From Eledone cirrhosa (lineage: Eukaryota), in NCBI GenBank assembly GCA_964016885.1, contig OZ024759.1:12090001-12154000 (forward strand): a DNA stretch of 64,000 nt. The letters run 5' to 3'. Below, one piece after another: positions 1-14,224 of the stretch (position 1 is the stretch's first letter; each line of letters opens with the position of its first letter). Both the position numbers and the translations under genes were made by a program. Below the pieces are notes generated by a model. That model did no database searches, was not told the origin of the DNA, and saw only the letters and a list, made by a program, of their open reading frames with translations.

Positions 1-185
1 GGATTGGCAGTATCGGTAGAGAGTCGGACACCATGCTTTGAAGCATAGAGCTACGTCCCTTTATGATCTGAGTTCAAATCCCGCCGAGGTTCACTTTGCC
101 TTTCATCCTTACGGGGTCGATAAAATAAGGTACCAGTAATGTACTGGGTAATTGCTGGCCTTGTGCCTAAAGTAGAAACAATTAT
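1..185 (+). mobile_element. tRNA-derived SINE family 1. Other copies or fragments: ~4232-4660, 5330-5427(-), 7705-7880, 13966-14125, 19345-19445(-), 23018-23220, 25412-25487, 29997-30100(-), 46045-46240, 58487-58615(-), 59345-59465(-), 59588-59718(-)
   Basis: A-box-like TGGCAGTATCGG, B-box GAGTTCAAATCC, shared body and (ATT)n tail. Confidence 0.85.
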
Positions 186-189
186 TTAC

Positions 190-1198
190 ATGAACAGGAT
201 TGACACAGCCTGACTAGAATACACAGCCAGGTTGGAAGTGGTATCATGACTGGCAGGTGTAGAATCAGTTGCCTGGAATTTGCAGACGACATGGTGTTAC
301 TTAACTCAACAGAAGTTGATCTTTGACTTGCACTTGATAGGTTTGATGCCGAGTGCTGCATGGCTGGAATGAAAATCAATGCTGTGAAAACTGAGACACT
401 CGTCCTCTCATGGAAGCCAGTACAGTGCACTCTACATGTGAATGGAGTTCCACTGAAGCAGGTAGAGAAGTTCAAGTATCTCGGGACCGTGTTCACGAGT
501 AATGGAAGGCAGGAGGCTGAATTGCAGGAGTTGGTGCAGTAATGCGCCAGCTTCAGCATTCAGTAATCAGATGAAGGGGGGTAGGTGTAAAAACCAAACT
601 CGCTATCTTCAATTCAGTTGTCGTGCCAACCCTTACCTATGGTCATGGATCTTGGGTAATGGCCGAAAGAATATGATTACAAATACAAGTGACCGAAAAG
701 GGGTTCCTCCGAAGGGTCTTTGGAGTAACGTTACTCGATAAAGTGCGTAACTCCTCGGAGATCATAGAGTCACTTCAGGTAGAACAGTTACGTCTCCGAA
801 TTGAGAGATCACAGCTCTGATACTATGGACATGAGGTTAGAATGTCTCAGGAAAGAATCACTGGGCAGATTTGTAGCTCAGAGATCAGAGAGTTACTCCA
901 GGTAGAGCCGCTACTTCTCTGAATTGAGAGATCACAGCTCTGATACTATGGACATGTGGTTAGAATGTCTCAGGAAAGAATCACTGCACAGATTTTACAG
1001 GCAAAAAACCAACTGACAGGAGACTCAGGGGTAGACTCCGAGCAACATGGTTGGATAACATCCATGAGTTTGGTTGGTCATGCTAGGGGATCTAGCCGGA
1101 TCAGTTGGAGACGGTTGCTTCTGATAGAACCCGCTGGAGGGAGTGTTTGAGGACTCTGCCCCCACGACCCTTTCATGAGTAAGTGGATGAAGAAGAAG
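190..1198 (+). mobile_element. RTE-clade LINE 3' fragment, decayed
   Basis: LEFADDMVLL, GMKINAVKTE and VEKFKYLG RT motifs with frameshifts; (GAA)n tail. Confidence 0.8.
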
Positions 1199-2899
1199 GG
1201 TACTTTATTTCATATTATATTAAATTATATAGTAATAGTAAAAATAATAATTTTTAAGTTAGTTAATAAGTTTGGTTAGAATTCTGAAAAAGAAATTGTT
1301 GTTTCTCTAGTTTTGAATAAATATAGCCTTTAAGACTTGTCTTCTGTGGTCCTCTACCCCGAGAACTCCATAACACCCATCTTAAGACTTGTCTTCTGTG
1401 GTCCTCAACCCAAGAACTTCATCACACCCATCTTGGAGACGGATATGATAAGAGAAAAAAAAATGACAGTATATAATTATAAGATAATTTATGAGTATTT
1501 CAGCTGCAGAAGATTATATAACCTTCGTGGATAAAATAAATTAAAATAATTTAATAATTAATTTAAAGAAAGAAATGGCGCCAAAGTTGTTAACTTGTGA
1601 ACGAGTTACTGTCAGACTAACAAGATATTTACAAAAACTTGCCAATAATTTGTTCCCCTTTGCTACAACTACCGATATATAATGACGTAATGCTACTTTT
1701 TAAACTAATATTTTACTGTTAAAAAGGAACTTATTGTTAGATTAAACAAATACTTATGTACTTGTATAAGTTACTGTATGAGTATACGTGAATATTTAAT
1801 TTATTTTATAACTATCTGGTAGATGTAAACACAATTTAGATAATAGAAATAAAAACCAGTGAGAGAGAAGAAAACGTAAGAATGACACACGTGCCCACTT
1901 AGTCACTGAGTATAACATCTGGTACTTTTCTATTTTAGTAAAATAGTGGGGAGAGGGGGCGATATACTAGTTTTATTTCGACCAATAAACTCTACCATAT
2001 GTTATAAAGGGTACATTTAAATAAACTATATCGTCAAATTTATTTAACACTTTTCAAATAATTTGTGTCGGAAATTAATCAAGTTATTCGTAACTTCATA
2101 GCGCGTTCATTTCGCTCCCGCCTCTTAACTTATTTTTTACGATCATATTTCGATCGGAAACTGAAATTTCACATATAAAGTGAAGGTGGGGAAATGAATT
2201 TAATGCGATATAAACTTTCTATAAACGAAATACGTTTTTTTTCTTAATATCGTTTATACTGAATTTTATCGTTTTCACTGCAATTAAGGTAAATATAAAG
2301 AAATTCCACCAAAATAATAAAAGAATATGCATTAGGCGAGCTTTTAAAGCACATGTTTGGTTTTCATATTACCCAATAGAAATATTTGTGTAAAAATTTA
2401 CTGAGTGGGGAAAAAGAACGAAACGAAATCGTTACTGCGTGGAAAGATTATAAATAAAAAGTTAAAGAAATTTTATTGTATTTTAAGTCGAAAATTAAGG
2501 ATTAGGTTTTCTTTAGAATAAATAAAGCAAATAAATGAATATTATATTATTCAAACATCAACTTTTGTGCGACACGACCCGGGAACATTGTAATCCCGTT
2601 CCGATTTTTATACGGACTTACAACTGAGTCGACTTCGCATGTCATGGTCTCACAGTGAAAAGTTTAACGAGTTTTATCTTCAATATCATCAGGATTTATT
2701 TGTTTAATAAGCACATCTACTGACTCAGAAGTATCTTGTGAAGGATAAAAATTAAAAAAGAAAGTATTTTAAAAAGCGTGAGGATTGTATGAGATCAAAG
2801 TTTTCCTTTGTGGTTTGAACCTTTTGTTCTTCGCCCTCAATGTGGTTATAGCTTCTTTTTCTTAAATTTCATCAAACAAGCATTTAAAAACAACACAAC

Positions 2900-3715
2900 A
2901 TGGCAGTCTTTGATTTAACTAATCGTCTGTCACAGTATTTTGACCGGCATCTCATTTTACCGTTTATGGAATTCTTGTCGGACAACAACGTGTACGATAA
3001 TGAAGAATTAATTCGTGGTAAACTGGAGATTATTAGCAAAACTAAGATGGCCCGTTACGCTATAAGTCTCCACCGCGATTTATACCCGAATCAAGAAACT
3101 CCAAAACCTTATAACGAGAACTTGAATCGTGTTTTGGCTGAAGACAAAAAATTGAAAGAACGTGTTGAAAAGATCGCCGAAGTTATGAACGATCCCGAGG
3201 TAATGAAAACCATCAGTAATTTCCGAGATGGTAGCCAGTTATACGATTATCTCACCACTCACCATGATATCAGTAAAGATATTACCGAAGACATGTATAA
3301 CTATGCCAAATTCCAGTTCGAATGCGGTAATTATGAATTTACCAGCCAATATCTCTATTTCGTTCGCATCCTTCTGCCGACCAACGATAAATTTTACCTC
3401 AACACTTTATGGGGTATCTTGGCATCTGAAATACTTCTGCAAAACTTCGACGCGGCTCTGGAAGAATTGAACAGATTGAGGGAATATATCGACAGCAATG
3501 CAGCTTTCTGGTCCGCCTTGCAGACCCTACAACAGAGAACTTGGTTTGTTCACTGGTCGTTGTTCGTTTTCTTTAACAATCTAGATGGATTGGATCTACT
3601 CGTGGATTTATTTCTTTACCAACCACCATACCTGAATACCATCCAGACCGTATGTCCTCACATCCTTCGATATCTGACCACAGCTGTTATTATCAACAAA
3701 AGTCGCCGGAGATCG
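2900..3715 (+). CDS. EIF3E: eIF3 subunit E paralogue A, exon 1 (272 codons)
   Basis: MAVFDLT..DRHL..YAKFQFECGNY..LWGILASEIL..LQQRTWFVHWSLFVFF..PHILRYLTTAVI matches eIF3e/INT6. Phase-0 donor TCG|GTTGGT at 3716; similarity stops there. Confidence 0.95.
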
Positions 3716-5488
3716 GTTGGTTTATACTTTATATATATATATATAATACAATCCATGTGTGTGTGTTTGGTTCTAATTCCTGTTAAATTTATTACAAACC
3801 TCCCCTCCCTTTCTCTCATGTATATAGAATAAATTTAACTATACACGTGTATCATATAGTTCATATTTTGGCGATCCGGTACGCTATACTCCACGATTGC
3901 CACTATATCTAAAAAGGCATTCGTTTTTGTTTGTGAACACACGAAACACGGTAAGAAAACTTAGAATTTAGTAGTAAATGGAGCAGAAAATAAACTAAAT
4001 ATACTAAATAGAATGTAAATGTTTCTCTACCAAATTTGCCCTAGGAACAAACCTCATGGCGAAGTCCTTCAGAAATGTTAAAATCTCAACTCATGTTGGA
4101 GCCATTTCATATCCAGTTACAACGTTGGAACAAACAATTTTGTAAAGGAATTTAGGATGGGTTCATATTACCCTTATTCTCAGCTGGATTTTCTGTAGCT
4201 GCCTATATATATATAGTTTGATTATTATTATTGCCGAGGTTAACTTTGCCTTTCATCTTTACCGGGTCGATAAAATAAAGTACCAGTAATACACTGGGGT
4301 AATTTCTGGCCTTGTGCCAAAAAGTAGAAACAATTATTATTATTTCATCCTTACAAATAAAGCACCAGTAACGTACTGGGGTCCATCTAATCGGACCCCC
4401 CACCCCAAATTGCTGGCTTTGTGCCTATACTAGAAATCGCCGAGGTTAACTTTGCCTTTCATCCGTACGGGCTTGATAAAATAAAGTACCAGTAATACAC
4501 TGGGGTAATAGCTGGCCTTGTGCCAAAAGTAGAAACAATTATTTCATCCTTACGGGGTCGTTAAAATAAAGTACCAGTAACGAACTGCGATCGATTTAAT
4601 CGACCCCCCCCCCCTTTCAAATTGCTGGCCTTGTGCCATATGTAGAATTATTATTATTATTAGTCAATTGTCGTTATTATATCTTTCAATCTTTCACTGA
4701 ATTTTTACAACTGGATTGACTTGTGTTTTAGTCCTGTTTCGGCATTCTATTATCAATAGATAGGCAGACGGATGGAGAGATATATAGATAGAAGGAGGGT
4801 TGATACGTTGATAGACAGATCGATGGATAGATAGACTGACAGATACACATAGACAGGTGGATAGATAGATTGGCAGACAAAAAAGATAGATAATACATAT
4901 ATAGTCAGATTGATGGACAGATGGATATATATACAAATATAGATAGAAAGATGGATAGATAAATAGAAAGATGGCCACTGTTCTTTAAAAGGAAATGAAA
5001 ATACAAGGAAGATAACTCTGTAAGGTTTATCGCAGCAGCACCTTGTTAACTCTGTTAAAACTTATATAAGATTTGGCGTAGGCTATATATAGAGAGAGAG
5101 TGTGTGTGTGTATATATATATATATGAGTCCCGGTTCAATTGGGGGTAACCACAGTAAGTAAAGGACTCAATACATTAGTAGAGTGTATACTACAAATTT
5201 AATAAAGAAATGGCTTCTACAGGACTAGAACTGTTTCATTCGAAATAAATCAGAAGAGACCTGAATGAAACAGTTCTAGTCCTGTAGAAGCCATTTCTAT
5301 ATTAAATTTGTTATATATATATGTATATAATTGTTTCTACTTTTGGCACAAGGCCAGCAATATCCCAGTACATTACTGGTACTTTATTTTATCGACCCCG
5401 TAAGGATGAAAGGCAAAGTTAACCTCAATCATGGACAAGGTCTCAAATTTTCATTATCCTAAACTATTATATCTATTACATATCTTTA

Positions 5489-5528
<40 letters not shown>

Positions 5529-6052
5529 TACTTGGTATATTGTGTATTATTTAATCAACCGACTTTAGTGTATACAGAATAGAGCACTCGAAGTATACAT
5601 GTGGGTCTGTGTACTCTTGAGTATAGGTATAACAATGATTGCAGTGGAATGATAGGGACCCCAGTCCCTATCATCTCATTTCTACAGCTGAGTAAACTGG
5701 AGCAATGTGAAATAAAGTGTCTTGCTCAAGGAAACAACACATCACCCGGTCTGAGAATTGAACTCACAACCTTTCGATTGCAAGGCCAATGCTCTAACCA
5801 CTAAGCCATGTGCCTCTATATATTATTTATTTATGTTCATACACAGAACAAAAAGCTCTACCTGAGGTTTCAAAGTTCAATTATGACCATCTCCACATAT
5901 TGTAAGAGCGATAAAATTTGTGACCTAGTCATCAGGCGTGTATGAACATATATATATATATACATATATACATATATATATATATATGCTTTCAATGAAT
6001 TGAAACAACCGAAGTAAGCTTTATTTCTTTGTTTTTTTCTGTTCAAATTTTA

Positions 6053-6102
6053 GCTGTCTGATGAGGTCATAACTGTTGCATCACTGAAATATATATAACA
6101 GT
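6053..6102 (+). ncRNA. Minimal type I hammerhead ribozyme-like motif
   Basis: GCTGT-CTGATGA-GGTCAT..ATCACT-GAAA-TATATA-TA-ACAGT: stem I, core, stem II and palindromic stem III. Confidence 0.65.
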
Positions 6103-6917
6103 GATTATGAATAAAAGTGAATTATAACCTGTTAACTTGTACTTCGTGATTATAAATATACTCCGGAGTGAACAGATCCAACTGTGTACTTCATCGAGTG
6201 CTCTACCCTGCATACTAAAGTGTTGGTGATAAACTAACACATACTCTAATTAATCATCATCATCACCGTTTTACGTCCGTTCTTCCACGCTAGCATGGGT
6301 TAGACGGGTTGTCCTGTTGTGGGCAGTGTCTGGTCGGCTGACCATGCCTTGCTCATACAGGAACTGATCTGGCTTGATTTCTACAGCTGGATGCCCTTCC
6401 TAACACCAACCTCATTTACAGTGAGTGCTGGGTGCTTTTTCGTGGCGCCTACACGTCCACTTTACAGTGTGGGCTGGGTGCTTTTTTGCCGTGGCACCTC
6501 CACGACGACCTTGCAGTGGGGGGTGTGGGGGCATATTGTCTATATGCTTCAGCTTGTACCCGTGGGTGATCGGGTGCTCTGTATTACTGCGTGACGCCAG
6601 AGGTCACGGTCGTGTGTCATTGCCTCTAATTAATTGTTTCTACTTTAGGCACAAGGCCAGCAATTACCCAGTGCATTTTAATATTATATATATATATATA
6701 TATGTGTGTGTGTACATATATATATATTTAGCCTCTTTTCTGGTGTAGGTAGGAACAACCATGTGAGGTTTGGTCTGTTGAGGTAACAGTGGCAGTTCTA
6801 GATTTGTGGTTGGGGAGGTATGGAATGAGAGGGGATAAATCACCGGAACAAATACTGTTGTTATGGAGTTCCAGTCATGTAAGGCTTACAGTATCACAGT
6901 TAGTCCTGTAGCGTAGA

Positions 6918-7540
6918 GGGGGTAGTTAGCTAGGTTCTGTCTAGGTCTACACCATAGAAGGGGTAGTTAGCTAGGTTCTGTCCAGGTCTACACCATAGAA
7001 GGGGTAGTTAGCTAGGTTCTGTCCAGGTCTACACCATAGAAGGGGTAGTTAGCTAGGTTCTGTCCAGGTCTACACCATAGAAGGGGTAGTTAGCTAGGTT
7101 CTGTCCAGGTCTACACCATAGAAGGGGTAGTTAGCTAGGTTCTGTCCAGGTCTACACCATAGAAGGGGCAGTTAGCTAGGTTCTGTCCAGGTCTACACCA
7201 TAGAAGGGGCAGTTAGCTAGGTTCTGTCCAGGTCTACACCATAGAAGGGGTAGTTAGCTAGGTTCTGTCTAGGTCTACACCATAGAGGGGTGATTAACTT
7301 GGTTCTGTCTAGGTCTACACTATAGAAGGGGTAGTTAGCTAGGTTCTGTCTAGGTCTACACCATAGAAGGGGTAGTTAGCTAGGTTCTGTCTAGGTCTAC
7401 ACCATAGAAGGGGTAGTTAGCTAGGTTCTGTCCAGGTCTACACCATAGAGGGGTGATTAACTTGGTTCTGTCCAGGTCTACACCATAGAAGGGGTAGTTA
7501 GCTAGGTTCTGTCCAGGTCTACACCATAGAGGGGTGGTTA
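6918..7540. repeat. 41-bp minisatellite, ~15 copies
   Basis: Unit GGGGTAGTTAGCTAGGTTCTGTCCAGGTCTACACCATAGAA. Confidence 0.95.
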
Positions 7541-8189
7541 GCCTTGTCCAGCTGCTTAGAGGAGATACTTAGTTTACAAAATTACAGTTGAAGTGAGAAT
7601 TAAAGCCAAAAAATATAAATAAACATATGGTGTCGTTTGTTCTAGTAGAAATAGCAGCTAGACCTCCGTAAAATGATGTCCCACTGGGTTTTTAGTGTTT
7701 AGTGGATTGGTAGAACGTTGGACATGCTTTGTAGCATTGAGTTATGGCCCTTTATGATCTGAGTTCAAATCCCGCCGAAGTTAACTTTGCCTTTCATCCT
7801 TACGGGGTCGATAAAATAAAGTACCAGTAATGCACTGGGTAATTGCTGGCCTTGTGCCAAAAGTAGAAACAATTATTATAATAAAAGAATAATACATTTG
7901 ATAATGTAGGCCTAGATATACAGTGTCTGAAATAGGTGGACGACCCGTCTAACCCATGCATGAATGGAAAATGGACGTTAAACGGTGATGATGATGAATG
8001 ATATATATATGTATCTTACATAACTGGTGAGTGAAAGTTAGACAAAATCAGGGTTAGAATCAGAAAGGACCTCTGACAGTAAAGTACTACCACAAAAAAA
8101 TCTTGTCCAACCCATGCCATCTTGGAAAAGTGGATGTAAAAACAATGATGTATGTGTGTCAACTCATTCATGACTATATGTTTAACTTT

Positions 8190-8925
8190 TAGCATTTACA
8201 TTACTCTATATATACTATTGTATTTTCACAGTAAAAGTTTTACCTCACATAACATTTACATTACTCTATATATACTATTGTATTTTCACAGTAAAGGCTT
8301 TACCTCATATCTCACATAACATTTACATTACTCTATATATACTATTGTATTTTCACAGTAAAAGTTTTACCTCACATAACATTTACATTACTCTATATAT
8401 ACTATTGTATTTTCACAGTAAAGGCTTTACCTCATATCTCACATAACATTTACATTACTCTATATATACTATTGTATTTTCACAGTAAAAGTTTTACCTC
8501 GCATAACATTTACATTACTCTATATATACTATTGTATTTTCACAGTAAAGGCTTTACCTCATATCTCACATAACATTTACATTACTCTATATATACTATT
8601 GTATTTTCACAGTAAAAGTTTTACCTCACATAATATCTCACATAACATTTACATTACTCTATATATACTATTGTATTTTCACAGTAAAGGCTTTACCTCA
8701 CATAATATCTCACATAACATTTACATTACTCTATATATACTATTGTATTTTCACGGTAAAGGCTTTATCTCACATAATATCTCACATAACATTTACATTA
8801 CTCTATATATACTATTGTATTTTCACAGTAAAGGCTTTACCTCACATAATATCTCACATAACATTTACATTACTCTATATATACTATTGTATTTTCACGG
8901 TAAAGGCTTTATCTCACATAATATT
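8190..8925. repeat. 60/67/72-bp tandem array inside MITE A
   Basis: CATAACATTTAC spacing 67,60,67,60,67,72,72,72,72. Confidence 0.95.
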
Positions 8926-9355
8926 GAACCTAAGATTTTGAGAACAATACCTTAATGTCAGTATGAGTAGCCAGTTTGGACAGAAAGGGGTGAGAGAATT
9001 ATGGCCAGTTTAAATGCTAAAAGTTAACAAAGTACACTGTATTGTAATCAATTATTGAAGAATTTGGAGAGATTTACTATTATTATTAATTAGTTTGTTA
9101 TTTAGATAATATTTGTATAATAACTTAACAAAAAATTCTTATATCAAATTTTGTTGAAAGGTACTAATTTAAATAGGAACCCTTTCAAAGGATTGGTTTT
9201 CTTTCATAGAATGAGAGCTGGTTTTGGGCAGGTAGGTATCAAAAGTGTTTGAAATAACTTGACCAAGTTCTTAGCTTGTAAATCACCTGTAAAAATATGT
9301 CTAAGTATTCATACAATATCTGTTTTGTTTTGTTTTATTTTTCTTCTATTTCCAG

Positions 9356-9862
9356 GTTCTCAAGGATTTGGTGAAAGTGATTCAACAGGAGAGCTACTCT
9401 TATAGGGACCCCATCACTGAATTTGTTGAATGTCTCTATGTCAACTTTGACTTTGATGGAGCTCAGCATAAACTACGTGAATGTGAAGCTGTCTTTTGCT
9501 ATGATTTCTTCTTGAGCAATCTTGTCAACGAGTTTATTGAGAATGCCCGTCTCCTCATCTTTGAGATTTTCTGTCGAATCCATGAATGCATCAGTATTGA
9601 CATGTTGTCGCAGAAGCTGAATATGACACCTGATGCAGCAGAGCAGTGGATTGTCAATTTGATCAGACATGCCCGACTTGATGCTAAAATAGACTCAAAG
9701 TTAGGTCATGTTGTCATGGGAACAAAAGCTGTTTCCCCTTACCAACAAGTAATCCAGAAAACTAAAGATTTGAACTCTCGTTCCCACTTTCTTGCACTAA
9801 ATATACATAAGAAACTAGGATTGAAATTCCCTGAATCTGGTACCCAGTGGGGACAGGATTAA
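9356..9862 (+). CDS. EIF3E: eIF3e paralogue A, exon 2 (PCI domain C-terminal half); spliced product 440 aa
   Basis: Polypyrimidine tract and TTCCAG| then [53 protein letters not shown]. Stop TAA 9860-9862; AATAAA at 10054. Confidence 0.95.
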   Translation, partial: VLKDLVKVIQQESYSYRDPITEFVECLYVNFDFDGAQHKLRECEAVFCYDFFLSNLVNEFIENARLLIFEIFCRIHECISIDMLSQKLNMTPDAAEQWIVNLIRHARLDAKIDSKLGHVVMGTKAVSPYQQVIQKTKDLNSRSHFLALNIHKKLGLKFPESGTQWGQD

Positions 9863-11272
9863 TATAAACATTTTACAAGTGTATAGTACATTTATGAATG
9901 TGTATACATATATAATTATAATATATATATATACATATATATATATAATATATATATGCACACACATATATATATTGCATATATCTATAATATATACATA
10001 TATAATATATATGTATATATATAATATATATACACATATATATATATATAAGCAATAAATAAATAAATACATTGGATTTTTGAATTTATTTTTAATTTCA
10101 GTGTTTTTATTTTAGTTTTGAGCAAGCTAGGTACACAATGTCATTTTGATTTCTGACCTGATCCCTCACAAAGGGTCAGCCCATCCTACCCATGCTAACT
10201 TGGAAGATGGGTGTTAAACGATGTTCATGATGATGATGACAGTGGCTATTTTATTGTCAACATCCTACATGTAGAAACATGGCAACCCTTTCATTGACTC
10301 ACTCTCCCTCTCTCTCTTTCCCCTTCCACGATGAAATGCACCAGGCACACTGTAAATTGGTAGTGCTGGTGTCACGTTAACCCTTTAGCATTTACATTAC
10401 TCTATATATACTATTGTATTTTCATGGTAAAGGCTTTACCTCGCATAACATTTACATTACTCTATATATACTATTGTATTTTCATGGTAAAGGCTTTACC
10501 TCACATAATATTGAATCTGAGATTTTGATATTATTTATTTTGAGAACAATACTTTAACATCAGTATGAGCAGCTGGTTATTGCTGGTTTGAATAAAAGGA
10601 GGTGAGAGAATTCTGGCCGGTTTAAATGTACCAAGTAATTTGTAACGTAACTCTGGTGTCACAATAAAATATACCCAGTATACTTTGTAAAGTGGTATCT
10701 CTGGTGACAATAAAATATACCCAGTATACTTTGTAAAGTGGTAGTTTTGGTGTCATAATAAAATGTACCCAGTATACTTTGTAAAGTGGTAGCTCTGGTG
10801 TCACAATAAAATGTACCCACCACTTTGTAAAGTGGTAGTGCTGATGACACGCAAAAGGCACTCAGTCCACTTTGTTCAGTTGTAGCAGTAGATGAAACTT
10901 CCAATCCTCAAGCAATCGCACAGATATAGAAGACTATCACCAACCCAGAGAATCCCCTCCTCGCTTCAATCAGGTCAAACACTTTAGGGCTGCCATAGTC
11001 ATGTAGGCACAATGAAAGTTAGGTAGGGGAGATGTTTGAAAAGAAGTGAGTTGAAATGTAAGGTGGGAAGGAGCCTCGGCTAAACTCTTCACGAGAGAGA
11101 TACAGTAGAGAAGAGGAAATAAGAGACATATAAGATGGAGGATAACTGGGAGTTTTAATGGGACAAACTACTGGAGACTGTAGCCCAGGTGTAATACTGC
11201 AGATGAAACTGCTATAAAAGCTAAGATCCAGGCCACAGCGAACAATATCATGTAGCTAGGTTGTCATATAGC

Positions 11273-11540
11273 GCTGTGGTCTCCAACCTTTTTGATACCA
11301 CAGACCAGTTTCATGCTGGACAATGTGTTATTTAAGTGTATTTCAATAAAGAGAGCAATTTATTAAAGGGAAGACAAAGTGTATAATCTTTTGATTCTCC
11401 TGTAAATATTTTAAAATTAACGTCCAATATTCAATTTATCTATTATATAATTTTAAACAAGTTAATTATTTCTTTACAGCCCAGTAGCAAATGATCCATG
11501 GACTAGTGCCGGCCCACGGCTCGGTTGTTGGGGATCTCTG
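11273..11540. mobile_element. hAT-like MITE, old
   Basis: CTGTGGTCTCCAAC / GTTGGGGATCTCTG imperfect TIRs; TSD unclear. Confidence 0.5.
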
Positions 11541-13110
11541 ATATATATCACCTAACTTATGAAGGTGGAAGGGAGGCATGATAAAAAGGGAGTTTGCATG
11601 GTTTTTGATATGTTCTGGATTGCAAGGAGGTTTACTAGAAAAAGGAGTGTGTATGTAATGACACTGTTAGGTACACTTGCCAACGAAAATAAAAAACACA
11701 TGGAAGTGTTCTTATAGGGGTCATTGTGGGGAGAGAAAGTTTACCTGTTGTGGACCCAACTTAGGAACCTGCCAATTAAAGTTGACAGCAGTTAAGGATA
11801 TGAAAACGAGAAAATCAGCTGGTCCTCTAGGGATATTCTCATAAGATGTTTAACCCTTTAGCATTTACATTACTCGAGATTTACTATGGTATTTTTGTGG
11901 TAAAGGCTTTACATCATAAGGTTGAATTGATGAGATTTTGATATTATTTATTTTGAGAAAAATACCTTAACATCAGTATGAGTGGCTAGTTTGAACAGAA
12001 AGAGGTGAGAGAATTCTGAACGGATATGGCTGGTTTAAATGCAAAAGGGTTAAAACTTCTTGCAGAGTAAGACGCAAAGAAAGTCACACATTGTGAAGCT
12101 AGTAATAGAGGAAGGTGCTACACCCTATGACAGGTGTCACATAATTATCTGATGCACTACAGTAAAGCAACTTCAACTACAGAAGCCAATATCAAACTGC
12201 AACAAGTGCAGCTCTGGTGCACTAAAACTACAGAAATGGCATCAAACTGCAACAAGTGCAGCTGTGATGTACTAGAGGGATCCAACTGCAGGAATGTTAT
12301 GGAAAGAGTAAATTGAAGAGAAATAATTTGGACGAGGAAGAGACGCCTTAGCAAGACAACTATAGAAATAGCTAACAATAAACCCCTATATTTAGTATTG
12401 ATCTGGAAAGGGCCTTTGATGGGGTGGCATGCTCTCCCTGGTGGTTGCTAAAGATAAAAGAATGGCTGTGCTGTGAGAAAAGTACGTCGAGAATTACTAC
12501 AAGGAATTTAATGTGCAAGGCATGGTCACCTGACCTAACATTGCCCACAACAGGACAACTTGTCTAACCCATACTAGCATGTAAGAAGGGTCATAAAACG
12601 GTAATGATGATGATGATATTCAATGCTTAGTTCTAAGCACCTTGCGATATATTATAGTGCTCCAGGCCTCAACAGAAGACTTTAAGAAGGGCTAACCATG
12701 GAAATTCCTGTATGCTGATGCTAGAAATAACAGCCAAATCTTCCTCAAGCCACTTCTTAATAGCTTAAAAGAGAACATTAGATACTAAGATCCTGGGTAT
12801 TGTTTCGACAGTGATGCTTATATTCCTTCAGCTCTGGAGCCAGTTAATGAGAAGCGGTCAGATGGTTTTACTCTTTGTCCCTGGATAAGAAGGATAAGAG
12901 GTAGATGTCTCTTTTGGGATGCCACAGTCAGTGACTCCTTTACTCCTTCCCACATCCTGGATGTTGCAGTCAAATTAAGGGCCACTGCTTCCGTAGCTGA
13001 CCGGAATAAAATTCTAAAATAACAAGAATTATCAGCAAACATTTTTTTGTTCTGAGCCTGTGGCATTGGAGAAGTTCTTGTCATCATTGGCGGTTTGCCT
13101 TAATATTTCA

Positions 13111-13395
13111 AGTGATATTCCTGGTGAGGGTCTTGGCTGTTCCAGCACCTTAGCCTTGCTATCACTTGACCTTACTGTCTTATAAGGTGATTTCCCTGGT
13201 GAGGGTCTTGGCTGTTCCAGCACCTTAGCCTTGCTATCACTTGACCTTACTGTCTTATAAGGTGATTTCCCTGGTGAGGGTACTTGGCTGTTCCAGCACC
13301 TTAGCCTTGCTATCACTTGACTTTACCATCCTATTAGGTGATTTCCCTGGCGAGGGGACTTGGCTGTTCCAGCACCTTAGCATCACTATCACCTG
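13111..13395. repeat. 75-bp x4 array inside a CRE fragment
   Basis: Unit encodes GEGxWLFQHLSLAIT. Confidence 0.9.
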
Positions 13396-14224
13396 GCCTT
13401 TCCATCAAGACACTGATTTCAAAAGAGGGAGAATTACAAAGTTTATAATTTTTGTTTTGTTTTCTATCATATGAATTAGCAGATTTTTTTGAAGAAAAGT
13501 ATTTTTGAGCCTCCATACCAGGGGTCTCAAACATGCAGCCTGAAAATGACTTCCCTATGTTCTGCGGCAGAATAATTTTCATGACTACTCTAACCTCTTC
13601 AGTGCCACAGACGAGATAACTCATCCTAACATGTTTGAACTCATTTCCAACAGTTCATAACTTCAAAGCTAGATGGAGTTACTAGTTTATTGATGTGACA
13701 TTTGTCAATCATTCAGATAAGTGTTGTTAATAAATGTTTGTTTTAAAAAAATAGTCATTTTACTGGGAAAAAAACGGGCACAGCAACTGTAGCTGTAGAA
13801 AATATACACGGCAGTCAACAGGTTAAAGAAAATTTGAAATGGAAAGTTTGTACTAATTCACATATCCCACTTACTATCATGTGTATTGATTTTGAGGAGA
13901 ATACAATAAAATAAATAAATAGCAGCCTATCAGCTGTGTTGTAAATTAGTATTATAACTGAGGGAGGTGGATTGGCAGTACTCGGTAGAGTGTCAGGCAC
14001 CATACTTTGCTCCATATAATTAAGGCCCTTTACATTCTAAGTTCAAATCCTGCCAAGATTAGTTTTGTCTTTCATCCTTACATGGTTGGTCAATAAAATT
14101 AAAAAAACAGTAATGCACTGGGGTCGATTTAAACCGGCCAGAATTCCCTCAGCTCTAACCGACTGCTCATACTGATGTTAGGGTATTGTTCTCAAAATCT
14201 CAGATTCAATATTATGTGAGATAG

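Noticed and set aside
3716-3832. C-terminal extensions of the eIF3e exon 1 ORFs (also 17766-17918)
   Set aside because: Intron read-through; homology resumes in frame at exon 2.
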